Assembly (NCBI RefSeq): GCF_000189295.2
Contig: NC_016803.1
Coordinates: 2,220,001-2,252,000, forward strand
Direction of reading: 5' to 3'
DNA length: 32,000 nt
DNA from: Pseudodesulfovibrio mercurii
Lineage (GTDB): Bacteria > Desulfobacterota > Desulfovibrionia > Desulfovibrionales > Desulfovibrionaceae
Both the position numbers and the translations under genes were made by a program. Within the stretch, counting starts at the first letter, position 1; every line of letters begins with the position of its first letter. Positions 16,242 to 25,464 of this stretch are shown here, piece by piece. A model generated the notes under the pieces. It ran no database searches. It was not told the origin of the DNA and saw only the letters and a list, made by a program, of their open reading frames with translations.

Positions 16242-16555
16242 GCACGCAGCCGCAGGAAACGGTGATGGACATCTTTTGGCTCGGCCTGAAGACCTGGTGG
16301 GCCGAGATGAAATGGCTGGCCCGCTCCCTGTCGGGGCGGTTCGAGGTCGGCAGGCTTGAAAAAGAACTGGAACGGGAATATGGCATCCTCGGGCGCATCG
16401 CCGAGGCCCCCCGGGGCCGCATGGAGGAGAAGGAACTCTGCATCAAGCAGATCGCCTTCCTCAAGGAGGAGATCGAGGCCCTCCGGGAAGAACTGGCCAA
16501 CGACCGCGAAGAACGCATGAAGCGCGTGCGCCGTGAGGACGGCGGCGCGGCATAA
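16238..16555 (+). CDS. small hypothetical protein: Trp-rich amphipathic N-terminus plus coiled coil
   Basis: 105 aa. ATGA overlap with the upstream gene. MDIFWLGLKTWWAEMKWLARSL is followed by heptad-like LEKELEREYGILGRI...IAFLKEEIEALREELANDREERMKR. Third codon positions are GC-rich. No family recognised. Confidence 0.6.
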   Translation: MSTQPQETVMDIFWLGLKTWWAEMKWLARSLSGRFEVGRLEKELEREYGILGRIAEAPRGRMEEKELCIKQIAFLKEEIEALREELANDREERMKRVRREDGGAA

Positions 16556-16567
16556 CGGGGAGGAACA

Positions 16568-17008
16568 GTGAGCAAGACCATCGTCATCGGCTCCGATCAC
16601 GGGGGCTATCATCTCAAGAAGGCGTGCATCAAGGCCCTGACCGACTGGGGCTACAGCGTGGAGGACGAGGGCCCCGACTGCCTGGATTCCTGCGACTATC
16701 CCGTGTACGCGGCCAAGGTCTGCAACAAGCTCAAGGCGGACGCGGACAAGCTCGGCGTGCTCATCTGCGGCACGGGCCAGGGCATGACCATGACCGCCAA
16801 CCGCATGGGCGTCCGGGCGGCCCTGTGCACCAACGAATTTCACGCCCGCATGGCCCGCGCGCACAACGACGCCAAATGCCTGTGCATGGGCGAGCGCGTC
16901 ACCGGGCAGGGACTGGCCCTGAGCATCCTCAAGGTCTTCCTCGAATCGAGCTTCGAGGGCGAGCGGCACCAGCGGCGCATCGATCTCATCGACACCGTCT
17001 CCCAATAA
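16568..17008 (+). CDS. rpiB: ribose-5-phosphate isomerase B
   Basis: 146 aa. GTG preceded by GGAGGA. IVIGSDHGGYHLK, LGVLICGTGQGMTMTANR, VRAALC and HNDAKCLCMGERV are RpiB/LacAB signatures. Confidence 0.92.
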   Translation: MSKTIVIGSDHGGYHLKKACIKALTDWGYSVEDEGPDCLDSCDYPVYAAKVCNKLKADADKLGVLICGTGQGMTMTANRMGVRAALCTNEFHARMARAHNDAKCLCMGERVTGQGLALSILKVFLESSFEGERHQRRIDLIDTVSQ

Positions 17009-17033
17009 CCTCACCAACAAAGGGTATTCACCA

Positions 17034-18995
17034 ATGACACAGACGGACAAGACCATCGCCGTGGTCAAGGGACTGATCATGGACGGCGTGGCCAAGGCCA
17101 ACTCCGGCCATCCGGGCGGCGCCATGTCCTCCGCCGACTACGCCACCATCCTCTTTTCGGAGTATCTGAACTTCAATCCCGACGACCCGCAGTGGTTCAA
17201 CCGCGACCGCTTCATCCTCTCTGCCGGGCACGAGTCCATGCTGCTCTACAGCCTGCTCCACCTGAACGGCTTCATCTCCATGGATGACATCAAGAATTTC
17301 CGTCAGTTCGGCTCCCTGACCCCCGGCCATCCCGAGGTCCACCTGACCCCCGGCGTGGAGGCCACCACCGGCCCGCTGGGCCAGGGCCTGGCCATGTCCG
17401 TGGGCTTCGCCGCGGCCGAGGCGTACCTGCGCGACAAACTCGGCGCGGACGTCATGGACCACTACACCTACGTGCTCGCCTCGGACGGCGACTTCCAGGA
17501 GCCCATCGCCATGGGCGCGGCCTCCCTGGCCGGTCTGTGGCACCTGGGCAAGCTCATCGTCTACTACGACTCCAACAAGATCCAGCTGGCCGGGCCCACC
17601 TGCAAGGCGGACTGCACCGACCACCGCAAGGTCTTCGAGGGGCTGTGCTGGCACGTCATCGAGGTCAACGGCCACGACCACGGCGAGATCCGCGCGGCCA
17701 TCGAGGCGGCCCGGCTCGAGACCGGCAGGCCCACCCTGATCATCGGCCACACCACCATGGCCAAGGGATGCGCCACCATGGAGGGCAGCCACAAGACCCA
17801 CGGCGAGCCCCTCAAGGCCGACGAGATCGCGGCCACCAAGAAGAAGCTCGGCCTGCCCGAGGAGCCGTTCTACGTGCCCGCGGACGTGGTCGCGGAATAC
17901 CGCGCGCGCTTCGACGGCCTGCGCAAGAACGCGGCCGACTGGCGGGCCATGGTGGACGGCAAGCTGTCCGACGCCGCCTTCGCCGACATGTGGGCCCACG
18001 TGACCCGGTCCCGGTCCGAACTCAAGATCGACTGGCCCGCGTTCACCCCCGGCGAGTCCATGGCCACGCGCCAGGCCTGGGGCAAGTGCTTGAACGCGGT
18101 CATGGAGTCCCTGCCCACCCTGGTGGGCGGCTCCGCCGACCTGGACCCGTCCAACCAGACGGCCACCTTCCGGACCACCTACGGCGACTTCGCCGTGGAC
18201 GGCTACGGCGCGCGCAACCTGGCCTTCGGCGTGCGCGAGTTCAACATGGCCGCGATCATGAACGGCATACAGCTGCACGGCGGTCTGCTCCCGTTCGGGG
18301 CCACCTTCCTGACCTTCTCGGACTACTGCCGCAACGCCATCCGCATGTCCGCCCTCCAGGAGCTGCCGGTCCTGTACGTCTTCACCCACGACTCCTTCTG
18401 GGTGGGCGAGGACGGGCCCACGCATCAGCCCATCGAGCACGTCAGCTCCCTGCGGCTCATCCCGGACCTCATCGACCTGCGCCCGGCCGACGCCAACGAG
18501 ACCAAGGTCTGCCTGGACATCGCGCTCAGGCAGGAGAAGATGCCCTCGGTCCTGTTCCTGACCCGCCAGGGGCTGCCCATCCTGGACCCGGCCGAGTACC
18601 CGGCCCTCATGGACGGCCCGCGCAAGGGCGGCTACGTGCTCCAGGACTGCGACGGCACCCCGGACCTGATTCTCATCGCTTCGGGCTCCGAAGTGTCCCT
18701 CTGCCTGGAAACCGCCAAGCTTTTGCAGCGAAAAGTGCGCGTGGTCTCCATGCCGTCGGCCAAATTGTTTGACGATCAGCCCGAATCGTATAAAAATGCC
18801 GTATTGCCGCCCGAAGTCACCGCACGGGCCGCGGCCGAGGCGGGCCGCACCACCCTGTGGCATAAATATGTCGGTCTGAACGGCGTTGTTCTCGGCGTGG
18901 ACCACTTCGGCGCCAGCGCCCCCGGCAAGGTCCTGTCCGACAAGTACGGGTTCACCCCGGAGAACTTCGCCCGGATGATCCGGGAGAAATACTAG
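17034..18995 (+). CDS. tkt: transketolase
   Basis: 653 aa. ANSGHPGGAMSSADYATILF, NRDRFILSAGHESMLLYSLLHL, TTGPLGQGLAMSVGFA, SDGDFQEPIAMGA and EDGPTHQPIEH are canonical TPP and transketolase motifs. Confidence 0.96.
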   Translation: MTQTDKTIAVVKGLIMDGVAKANSGHPGGAMSSADYATILFSEYLNFNPDDPQWFNRDRFILSAGHESMLLYSLLHLNGFISMDDIKNFRQFGSLTPGHPEVHLTPGVEATTGPLGQGLAMSVGFAAAEAYLRDKLGADVMDHYTYVLASDGDFQEPIAMGAASLAGLWHLGKLIVYYDSNKIQLAGPTCKADCTDHRKVFEGLCWHVIEVNGHDHGEIRAAIEAARLETGRPTLIIGHTTMAKGCATMEGSHKTHGEPLKADEIAATKKKLGLPEEPFYVPADVVAEYRARFDGLRKNAADWRAMVDGKLSDAAFADMWAHVTRSRSELKIDWPAFTPGESMATRQAWGKCLNAVMESLPTLVGGSADLDPSNQTATFRTTYGDFAVDGYGARNLAFGVREFNMAAIMNGIQLHGGLLPFGATFLTFSDYCRNAIRMSALQELPVLYVFTHDSFWVGEDGPTHQPIEHVSSLRLIPDLIDLRPADANETKVCLDIALRQEKMPSVLFLTRQGLPILDPAEYPALMDGPRKGGYVLQDCDGTPDLILIASGSEVSLCLETAKLLQRKVRVVSMPSAKLFDDQPESYKNAVLPPEVTARAAAEAGRTTLWHKYVGLNGVVLGVDHFGASAPGKVLSDKYGFTPENFARMIREKY

Positions 18996-19004
18996 GAGAT
19001 GCTC

Positions 19005-19988
19005 ATGGAAGCCCCACAGAAAAACCTCGCACTGGATTTGGTTCGCGTCACCGAAGCCGCCGCCCTGGCCTGCGCCCGCTGGCTCGGCAAGGGCGACAAG
19101 ATCGCCGCCGACCAGGCGGCCGTGGACGCCATGCGGCTGTGCTTCAACACCCTGGAGATCGAGGGCGAGATCAAGATCGGCGAAGGCGAGAAGGACGACG
19201 CGCCCATGCTCTACGCCGGCGAGAAGCTCGGCCTGGGCAACGGTCCCAAGGTGGACATCGCCGTGGACCCGCTGGAGGGCACCAACCTGCTGGCCAACGG
19301 CCGCCCCAACGCCATCTCCGTGGTCGGCGTGGCCCCGGCGGGCGCCATGTTCGATCCGGGCCCGAGCTTCTACATGCAGAAGCTGGTGGTCCCGGCCCAC
19401 GCCAAGGACGTGGTGGACATCGAAGCCCCCACCGGCCACAACCTGAAGCTCATCGCCCGCGCCCTGGACAAGGACGTGGACGACCTGGTGGTCTTCGTCC
19501 TGGACAAGCCGCGCCACAAGAAGCTCATTTCCGACATCCGCGAGGCGGGCGCGCGCATCCAGCTGCACACCGACGGCGACATCACCGGCTCGCTCATGGC
19601 CATCGACCCGCGCTGCGAGGTGGACGTCATGATGGGCACCGGCGGCACCCCCGAGGGCGTGCTCTCGGCCATCGCCATCCGCATCATGGGCGGCGAGATG
19701 TTCGCCAAGCTCGATCCGCAGAAGCAGAACGAGAAGAACGCCCTGGCCGAATTCGGCATGGACATCCGCCGGGTCCTGACGGTCAGCGACCTGGTCAAGT
19801 CCGACGACCTGTTCTTCGCGGCCACGGGCATCTCCGGCGGCACCTTCCTCAAGGGCGTGGCCTACCACGGCCACGGCGCCGAGACCTCGTCCCTGGTCAT
19901 GCGCGGCAAGACCGGGACCATCCGCTACGTGGAGGCCATCCACAACTGGGATACGCTGATGCGCTTCTCGGCCGTGGAATACGACTAG
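19005..19988 (+). CDS. glpX: class II fructose-1,6-bisphosphatase (GlpX type)
   Basis: LALDLVRVTEAAALACARWLGKGDKIAADQAAVDAMR, EGEKDDAPMLY, DIAVDPLEGTNL and GTGGTPEGVLSA are GlpX motifs. I prefer the ATG at 19005 (AGGAG 6 nt upstream). The in-frame ATG at 18999 directly abuts the SD. Confidence 0.92.
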   Translation: MEAPQKNLALDLVRVTEAAALACARWLGKGDKIAADQAAVDAMRLCFNTLEIEGEIKIGEGEKDDAPMLYAGEKLGLGNGPKVDIAVDPLEGTNLLANGRPNAISVVGVAPAGAMFDPGPSFYMQKLVVPAHAKDVVDIEAPTGHNLKLIARALDKDVDDLVVFVLDKPRHKKLISDIREAGARIQLHTDGDITGSLMAIDPRCEVDVMMGTGGTPEGVLSAIAIRIMGGEMFAKLDPQKQNEKNALAEFGMDIRRVLTVSDLVKSDDLFFAATGISGGTFLKGVAYHGHGAETSSLVMRGKTGTIRYVEAIHNWDTLMRFSAVEYD

Positions 19989-20011
19989 GCCCAGCCCCCC
20001 GCAAGATCATC

Positions 20012-20048
20012 AAAGGCCGGTCCCCGCACAGGAAACCGGCCTTTTTTC
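20012..20048 (+). terminator. rho-independent terminator after glpX
   Basis: Stem AAAGGCCGGT (20012-20021) / ACCGGCCTTT (20035-20044), running into a T tract (TTTTTT). Confidence 0.85.
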
Positions 20049-20186
20049 ATGGTAAAAAGACTTCCCCGGTCCACCGCCGCGAAGCGGCCTTCCCCGCCGG
20101 ATCTCCCGGGACGTCCCCGGCCCGTGCCCGGAGATATTGAGCCCAACGCGCGTGTTGTGGTAGGGTCGACGAAAAGGGAGTCCGCC

Positions 20187-20543
20187 ATGGGCAGGAACAA
20201 GCGCAACAACACCCGCATCGACGCCGATTTCGAGGCCTACATCACCATCGGCGAGGTGGTCACGCCCGTGTCCACCCGCAACCTGAGCCTCAAGGGCGCA
20301 CTCCTGTACGGCTGCGAGGACTGCGTGGCCGGGACCGAGTGCGAGCTGCACCTGCCGCTCTCGCCCGGCATCCGCATCGTGGTCAACGGCGAGATCGTGC
20401 GCATCAAGGGGAACTACGCGGCCATGGCCTTCAAGGAGATGGACGAGCTGTCCTTCACCTTCCTGCACCGGCTGGTGACGCTCAACGCCGAGCATCCCGA
20501 AGAGGTGGACGAGGAACTGCTGCGGGTCTTCGAACGGTTCTAG
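20187..20543 (+). CDS. stand-alone PilZ-domain protein (putative c-di-GMP receptor)
   Basis: 118 aa. ATG 20187 with GGGAG 7 nt upstream. It has the RxxxR motif (KRNNTR) and the [DN]xSxxG motif (NLSLKG) at PilZ-typical spacing. The longer track ORF start has no RBS. Confidence 0.8.
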   Translation: MGRNKRNNTRIDADFEAYITIGEVVTPVSTRNLSLKGALLYGCEDCVAGTECELHLPLSPGIRIVVNGEIVRIKGNYAAMAFKEMDELSFTFLHRLVTLNAEHPEEVDEELLRVFERF

Positions 20544-21445
20544 CCCGCCGGGGCTTCCGGGGCCGCGCGCCGGGCGGCCTGTTCGCGCACCCCGCTGCGT
20601 CCCAGGGCGAGCACGCCGAAGACGATCAGGGCTCCGCCGCCCATGGTCCACCAGTCCGGGACCTCTCCCAGGAACATCAGGCCCCACGTGGCCGCGAAGA
20701 CGATCTCCAGGGTGGACACCCCGCTGATGCGCGCCGCGGACTCGATGGCGTACCCCTTGGTCATGAAGAACTGTCCCACGTTCATGAACAGCCCCACCCC
20801 GCAGAGCACGCCCCATTCGGCCAGGGTCGGCACGACCCAGCCGCCGTCGGCGAAGAGCGGCGAGAGGAGCGAGATGGCGATGGGCGGATAGAGCATGACC
20901 ACGGCGGGCCGTTCGGTCTTGGCCAGGACCCGTACCGCCAGGATGGCCCAGGAGGTCAGGAACACGCTGAGCAGCGCGGCCAGCAGCCCCCAGGTGTCCA
21001 GGTCCGGGCTGCCCGCCCCGAACAGGAAGTCCGGGCGGCAGACCAGGGCCACGCCGGCCACGGAGGTAAGGATGGCGAACATGCCGCCCTTGGACAGGGT
21101 CTCGCCCATGAGCAGCCAGGCCAGCAGGGCCACGGTCACGGGATGGGAGAAGATGAGCACCAAGGCGTCGGCCAGGGGCAAATGCACGATGGCGTAGAAG
21201 TCGGCGAACATGGCCCCGAAGCCGAGCAGGCCGCGCGCGGCCAGCAGGACCTTGCGCTTGCCGAGCATGCCCGCCCCGGACTTGCGCAGCATGATCAGGC
21301 ACAGGAACACGCCGATGACCCCGCGCACGAAGAGAATCTCCATGGTGGGCAACCGGCTCCCGGCCAATTTGACGAACAGGGAGCCGAAGGAGAAGAAGAA
21401 GGTGCCGAGCAGCATGAAACGCATGCCGGGGGTCAGAAAATTCAT
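20540..21445 (-). CDS. EamA/DMT-family transporter (10 TM)
   Basis: 301 aa and uniformly hydrophobic, with two similar halves. The N-terminus MRFMLLGTFFFSFGSLFVKLAG is typical of EamA. Its stop overlaps the PilZ stop in a shared CTAG. Confidence 0.85.
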   Translation of the reverse strand: MNFLTPGMRFMLLGTFFFSFGSLFVKLAGSRLPTMEILFVRGVIGVFLCLIMLRKSGAGMLGKRKVLLAARGLLGFGAMFADFYAIVHLPLADALVLIFSHPVTVALLAWLLMGETLSKGGMFAILTSVAGVALVCRPDFLFGAGSPDLDTWGLLAALLSVFLTSWAILAVRVLAKTERPAVVMLYPPIAISLLSPLFADGGWVVPTLAEWGVLCGVGLFMNVGQFFMTKGYAIESAARISGVSTLEIVFAATWGLMFLGEVPDWWTMGGGALIVFGVLALGRSGVREQAARRAAPEAPAG

Positions 21446-21547
21446 GGCCGGAGACTATGCCTTTTCCTTTGCGAGTCAAGGGGAATCGCCCGGCGCACCG
21501 GGTCTGACAAGGGCCGCCACCGGCAGGCGGGGGACAATCGGGATCGC

Positions 21548-22393
21548 CTAGCGGGCGAGCTCGGGCAGGGGCAGGAAACTTGCGGGGTCGACGTGGTGCT
21601 CGCGCAGGATGTCGTGCTCGATCGCGAGCATCCGCCCCTCCTCGGCCATGCTCCGAAGTTCGGCGTCGATCAGGGGCACCAGGGCCGCGTGCTTTTTGTT
21701 CAGGTAGTGGTACATGGGATTGGCGGCCATGGGGGCGTCCAGGATGCGCACCCCCTTAAGGCCCACCGCGCCCAGGGTGGGCTGGATGTCGAAGTACTCG
21801 GCCAGACCGACGTCCACCCGGCCGTTCCGGAGCAATTCGAGCATCTTTTCGTAGGAGGACACCTTGTGGCAACCATCGCCCTCCACCTTGCTCTCCAGGA
21901 ACTTGAAGCCGTTGCGGATGCACGTCCGGCAACCGGCGAACTGGCCCCAGCCCCGGGCCGGGTCCACGGCGGGCCGCATGCCCGCCTCCCCGACCAGGAC
22001 CGCGATGCGGTTGACGTACAGGGGGGTGGGCACCCGGACGAGGTTCCGGTATCCCTTTTCCACCACGCTGACGCGGCCCGCCTCGCCGTCCACCAGCCCA
22101 TCGTTGGCCATGAGCAGGGCGCGCTGGGCCGGATAGCTCTGCAACTCGACCTCATAGCCGATCCGGGCGTAGGCCTCGGTCAGGATGCGGTCGAACAGCT
22201 CGCGCAGGCCGCCCGGCGGAAAGGTGGAGAAGACCAGCCGGTGGCTGATGCCGTGGAGTTCGGCCAGGGCCGGGGACGGCCACGCCGCAAGGGCCGGGGC
22301 CGACAGGATCAGGACCGCCAGCAGGATCTGCCGGACGCGGCGGGCGGCGCGGTCGGGCCTCGGGGGGGTCGTGGGGTGGGCTGGATACGACAT
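21548..22393 (-). CDS. periplasmic solute-binding-like protein (family-3 SBP fold, orphan)
   Basis: 281 aa. Signal peptide ILLAVLILSAPALAAWPSPALA. It has an alternating beta-alpha pattern with DGLVDGEAGR and RVDVGLAEYF, resembling polar amino-acid SBP-like proteins. No permease or ATPase is adjacent. Confidence 0.6.
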   Translation of the reverse strand: MSYPAHPTTPPRPDRAARRVRQILLAVLILSAPALAAWPSPALAELHGISHRLVFSTFPPGGLRELFDRILTEAYARIGYEVELQSYPAQRALLMANDGLVDGEAGRVSVVEKGYRNLVRVPTPLYVNRIAVLVGEAGMRPAVDPARGWGQFAGCRTCIRNGFKFLESKVEGDGCHKVSSYEKMLELLRNGRVDVGLAEYFDIQPTLGAVGLKGVRILDAPMAANPMYHYLNKKHAALVPLIDAELRSMAEEGRMLAIEHDILREHHVDPASFLPLPELAR

Positions 22394-22495
22394 TACCCGG
22401 CACCGTAGCCGTAAACAACGGCCAGCGGAAGGGGGTTAGAGCTTTTTTTCGATAACGCCGGACCCGGGCCGAGGCCAGGTCCCGGACAGGGGCGG

Positions 22496-23314
22496 CTAGA
22501 GCCCGAAGAAGCGTCGGGCGTTGTCGCCCGCCGTGCGCCAGACGTCCTCCACGGAGCGGCCCTTGATCTGGGCCACCCGCCGGGCGGTGAACACGGACAG
22601 GGCCGGGTGGTTGCGCTTGCCGCGCCACGGCTCGGGCGCCAGGTACGGGCAGTCGGTCTCAAGCAGCAGCCGCTCGAAGGGGATGCGCGCCACGGCCGCC
22701 TGCACGTCGTCGGAGTTCTTGCGGAAGGTCACCGGGCCGGGGATGGAGATGTGCCAGCCGTTGCCGAGCAGCCGCTCGGCCAGGTCCATGCCCGCGCCGA
22801 AGCAGTGCCACAGCAGCGGATAGTCCCGGAACCCCTCGGCCTCCAGAATCGCGACGGTGTCGCCGTTGGCGTCGCGCGAGTGGATGACGATGGGCAGGCC
22901 GAGCTCGCGGGCCAGGTGGATCTGGCGGACAAAGGCGTCCTTCTGGACGTCGTGGGGCACGCGCTCCCAGTAGTAGTCCAGGCCGATCTCGCCCACGCCC
23001 CTGAGGCGCGGGTCCGCCTTGAAATGGGCGCGCATGCGTTCCATGACCTCGTCGGTCAGCAGGTCCGCGTCGTTGGGATGCACGCCCATGATGAAGCTGA
23101 TCTCCGGGTGCGCCGCAAACAGCCCCCGCCCCCGCTCGTAGGCGTCCGGCCCGAGAAAGACGTTGACGATGCGGCTCACGCCCGAAGCGTGGGCCCGGGC
23201 GATAATCTCCTCGCGGTCCTCGTCGAAGTCCTCCAGGTCCAGATGGGCGTGGGAGTCCACCCCTACCGGAGGCAGCTCCAGGGATTCGGGTTCGGGGCGA
23301 TTGTGCTTGGACAT
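22496..23314 (-). CDS. TatD-family metal-dependent hydrolase
   Basis: 272 aa. GVDSHAHLDL, GEIGLDYYW, LPIVIHSRDA, HCF and LLLETDCPYLAP are the TatD/YcfH motifs. Confidence 0.92.
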   Translation of the reverse strand: MSKHNRPEPESLELPPVGVDSHAHLDLEDFDEDREEIIARAHASGVSRIVNVFLGPDAYERGRGLFAAHPEISFIMGVHPNDADLLTDEVMERMRAHFKADPRLRGVGEIGLDYYWERVPHDVQKDAFVRQIHLARELGLPIVIHSRDANGDTVAILEAEGFRDYPLLWHCFGAGMDLAERLLGNGWHISIPGPVTFRKNSDDVQAAVARIPFERLLLETDCPYLAPEPWRGKRNHPALSVFTARRVAQIKGRSVEDVWRTAGDNARRFFGL

Positions 23315-23324
23315 GGGTCCGGCC

Positions 23325-24311
23325 TCACAGTTGGTCCCACAGCTCGAGGACGGCCGTCCTCTGCGCGTCGAGGGAATAGGCGTTGGCGGTCTTCTGGCCC
23401 GCGGCCAGGGCGGCCATCAGGGACGAATCCCTGTTCTTGAACAGGTCCACCGCGTCGCCCAGGCTCAGGGCCGCGTCAAGCACGTCGCTGTCGGCGCACC
23501 ACATGCCGTTGCCCTTCCACGGGACCTTGCGCAGGGGAATCCACGGGACGTAGCGCGGCGCGGCCTGGACCTGGCGCATGTAGTCCCAGCCGCCAAATCC
23601 GGCGAAGCCCACGGGCAGGCAGCCGCAGGCCATGGCCTCCAGGGGCGGCAGGGGACACCCCTCGGGAAATCCCGTGGCCAGAAAGATGTGCGCCGAACGC
23701 AGGGCCTCGGCCACGCCGTGGGCGTCCAGGCCGTCGATGGGCACCCAGTTGACGTGATGCGTGCCGCAGCGGTGCTCGTGGATGGCCTTGATCTGCTCCA
23801 CCAACGCCTTGTTCTTGCGCGGCATGAAGGCCACGTTGACCCGGCCGCCGGGCTTGGCGTCGGGCGCGAAGAAGATGGTCCGGTCGATGCCCGGCCGCAG
23901 GATCGGGGCGTCCTTGCAGGTGGTCTCCTTGACGAACCGCGAGACCGGATCGGACACGGCCAGGAACTCCACGGGCAGGCTGTGCCAGTCCACGCCCTCG
24001 GGCATGGAGGAGAACAGGTAGGCCCAATTCTGGACGTAGCTGAAGCAGTGGGCGTTGGCGTACAGCCCCGGAGCCAGGGCGTTGACCCACCCCTCGGGCA
24101 CCACCCAGGCGTCCGACTCGGTCAGTTTCAGGTCGGCCCACTCCACCACAGGCGCGGCGTCGGCCAGCCCCTCGGGCCGCCAACCGCCCTTTTCCCGGGC
24201 CACAAGAAAGGCCTCACGCCCTGATTGGTGAAGGATGTCGGCCATCTGCCTAAGCACGGTGACGCCCCCGGTCGGTTTGGAGACCGGCGGCAGAAAGATA
24301 TACGTTCGCAT
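23325..24311 (-). CDS. GT-B fold glycosyltransferase (GT4-like C-terminal domain)
   Basis: 328 aa from the ATG at 24311 (MRTYIFLPPVSKPTGGV...). C-terminal FLATGFPEGCPLPPLEAMACGCLPVGF resembles the E-x7-E / EAMA motif of retaining GT4 enzymes. Codons upstream of 24311 have non-coding-like third positions. Confidence 0.65.
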   Translation of the reverse strand: MRTYIFLPPVSKPTGGVTVLRQMADILHQSGREAFLVAREKGGWRPEGLADAAPVVEWADLKLTESDAWVVPEGWVNALAPGLYANAHCFSYVQNWAYLFSSMPEGVDWHSLPVEFLAVSDPVSRFVKETTCKDAPILRPGIDRTIFFAPDAKPGGRVNVAFMPRKNKALVEQIKAIHEHRCGTHHVNWVPIDGLDAHGVAEALRSAHIFLATGFPEGCPLPPLEAMACGCLPVGFAGFGGWDYMRQVQAAPRYVPWIPLRKVPWKGNGMWCADSDVLDAALSLGDAVDLFKNRDSSLMAALAAGQKTANAYSLDAQRTAVLELWDQL

Positions 24312-24357
24312 GGTCGTTTTCTGTGAACCACAAACCGGCATGTTTGGCAAGGAGAGG

Positions 24358-24396
24358 CTGCGGGGCGGGTTTGCAATGGGGAGGCCCGCCCCGCAG
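24358..24396. other. 12-bp perfect GC-rich hairpin (CTGCGGGGCGGG-N15-CCCGCCCCGCAG) in a divergent intergenic region
   Basis: Arms read directly at 24358-24369 and 24385-24396. There is no flanking T tract on either strand. Confidence 0.7.
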
Positions 24397-24655
24397 TGGA
24401 GGGAAGGAGTTGATCTTCCGTGCTGGCTGAAGAGGTTCTACCCCGAGCCCGGCCCGCCCGCCCGTCAAAACCATCACGACCGGGCGACAATCGTGCGACA
24501 CCCACCCGCTTTCCCAACCCCTCGCACTCACCCGCGCACCCTCCTCGCGCCCGGCGTCCGGCCACGCTTTGCCTTTCCCGCCCGCAAGTGATAGGAGGAC
24601 TCACGCCCGCCGCCCACGGGCGGCCAAAACGGGCGCAAGCCCCCGGAGAACCACC

Positions 24656-25462
24656 ATGGAACACGACGAGACCAAGGAATTTCTGGACTCGCTTCCGGAA
24701 CTGGAAGCGGGCAAGACATACTGCTTCAAATGCTACCCCGGCATCGAATGCTTCAACGCCTGCTGCTCGGACCTGGACATGGTCCTGACCCCCTACGACA
24801 TCCTGCGCATGCGCGCCGCGTTGAGCATGCCGTCCATCGACTTCCTGCGCGTCCACACCACGGGCTTCCACGCGCCGGACACCAACTTCCCGGTGTTCAA
24901 GTTCAAGATGCTCGACAACGCCCGCCGCTCCTGCGCCTTCGTCACCCCCGAAGGGTGCCGCATCTACGCCGACCGGCCCGGCGCCTGCCGCATGTACCCG
25001 CTGGGCCGCGCCACCCGCCCCGACGGCAAGGGCGGCGTGCTCGAACAGTTCTTCATCGTCAAGGAGGACCACTGCAAGGGGTTCCTCGAAAAGGACGAAT
25101 GGACCGGCGAGGCCTGGAAACAGGACCAGGGCTTCAAGGACTACACCGCCTTCAACGACCGGTACATGAACATCCTCTCGCGGACCCGCCACCTCGGCCG
25201 GCCCATCTCCGACAAGCTCAGCCAGATGGCCATCCTCGCCTTCTACAAGATCGACGAGTTCCAGGGCTTCATCCAAAAAATGCAGCTCTTCGAACGCGTC
25301 GAAGTGGACGAGAAACGGCAGAAAGCCATCCTGACCAACGAAAACGTGGCCCTGTCCTTTGCCATGGACTGGTTCGAACTCGTGCTCTTCCAGGACACCG
25401 GCAAACTCAAGCCCAAAAACGTCCCCCTGCGACGCAAGGGCACCCGGCCCGAAGGAATCTGA
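24656..25462 (+). CDS. YkgJ/UPF0153-type Cys-cluster (Fe-S or Zn) protein with a long C-terminal extension
   Basis: 268 aa. ATG 24656 with GGAG 7 nt upstream. Carries [29 protein letters not shown] plus [23 protein letters not shown], the CxxC...CC / C...C...C pattern of PF03692 as I recall it. Confidence 0.7.
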   Translation: MEHDETKEFLDSLPELEAGKTYCFKCYPGIECFNACCSDLDMVLTPYDILRMRAALSMPSIDFLRVHTTGFHAPDTNFPVFKFKMLDNARRSCAFVTPEGCRIYADRPGACRMYPLGRATRPDGKGGVLEQFFIVKEDHCKGFLEKDEWTGEAWKQDQGFKDYTAFNDRYMNILSRTRHLGRPISDKLSQMAILAFYKIDEFQGFIQKMQLFERVEVDEKRQKAILTNENVALSFAMDWFELVLFQDTGKLKPKNVPLRRKGTRPEGI

Positions 25463-25464
25463 CC

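Noticed and set aside
18999-19001. Upstream in-frame ATG for glpX, and analogous longest-ORF starts at 5742 (PrsW), 8876 (regulator), 20049 (PilZ), 24350 (glycosyltransferase), 24569 (YkgJ-like), 26975 (TauE) and 1377 (Nif11-like)
   Set aside because: In each case, one or more of the following holds for the downstream start: it has a properly spaced SD; it aligns with the family N-terminus; or the extra upstream codons have non-coding-like third positions.
17028-19943. Very long antisense or off-frame ORFs. Examples are 17028-19943 (-), 13102-15321 (-), 5730-7100 (-), 7167-8774 (+), 20339-22408 (+), 10682-12142 (+), 17-1312 (-), 9729-12047 (-) and 2857-4179 (+).
   Set aside because: These are shadow ORFs typical of high-GC DNA. 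Their translations are Gly/Arg/Ala/Pro/His/Val-rich low-complexity strings with no motifs. Each overlaps a gene on the other strand or frame that has clear family signatures.
20540-20543. PilZ and EamA genes share overlapping stop codons in a CTAG tetranucleotide
   Set aside because: This is a real but trivial consequence of convergent genes abutting. No hairpin or other signal is present to suggest a functional element.
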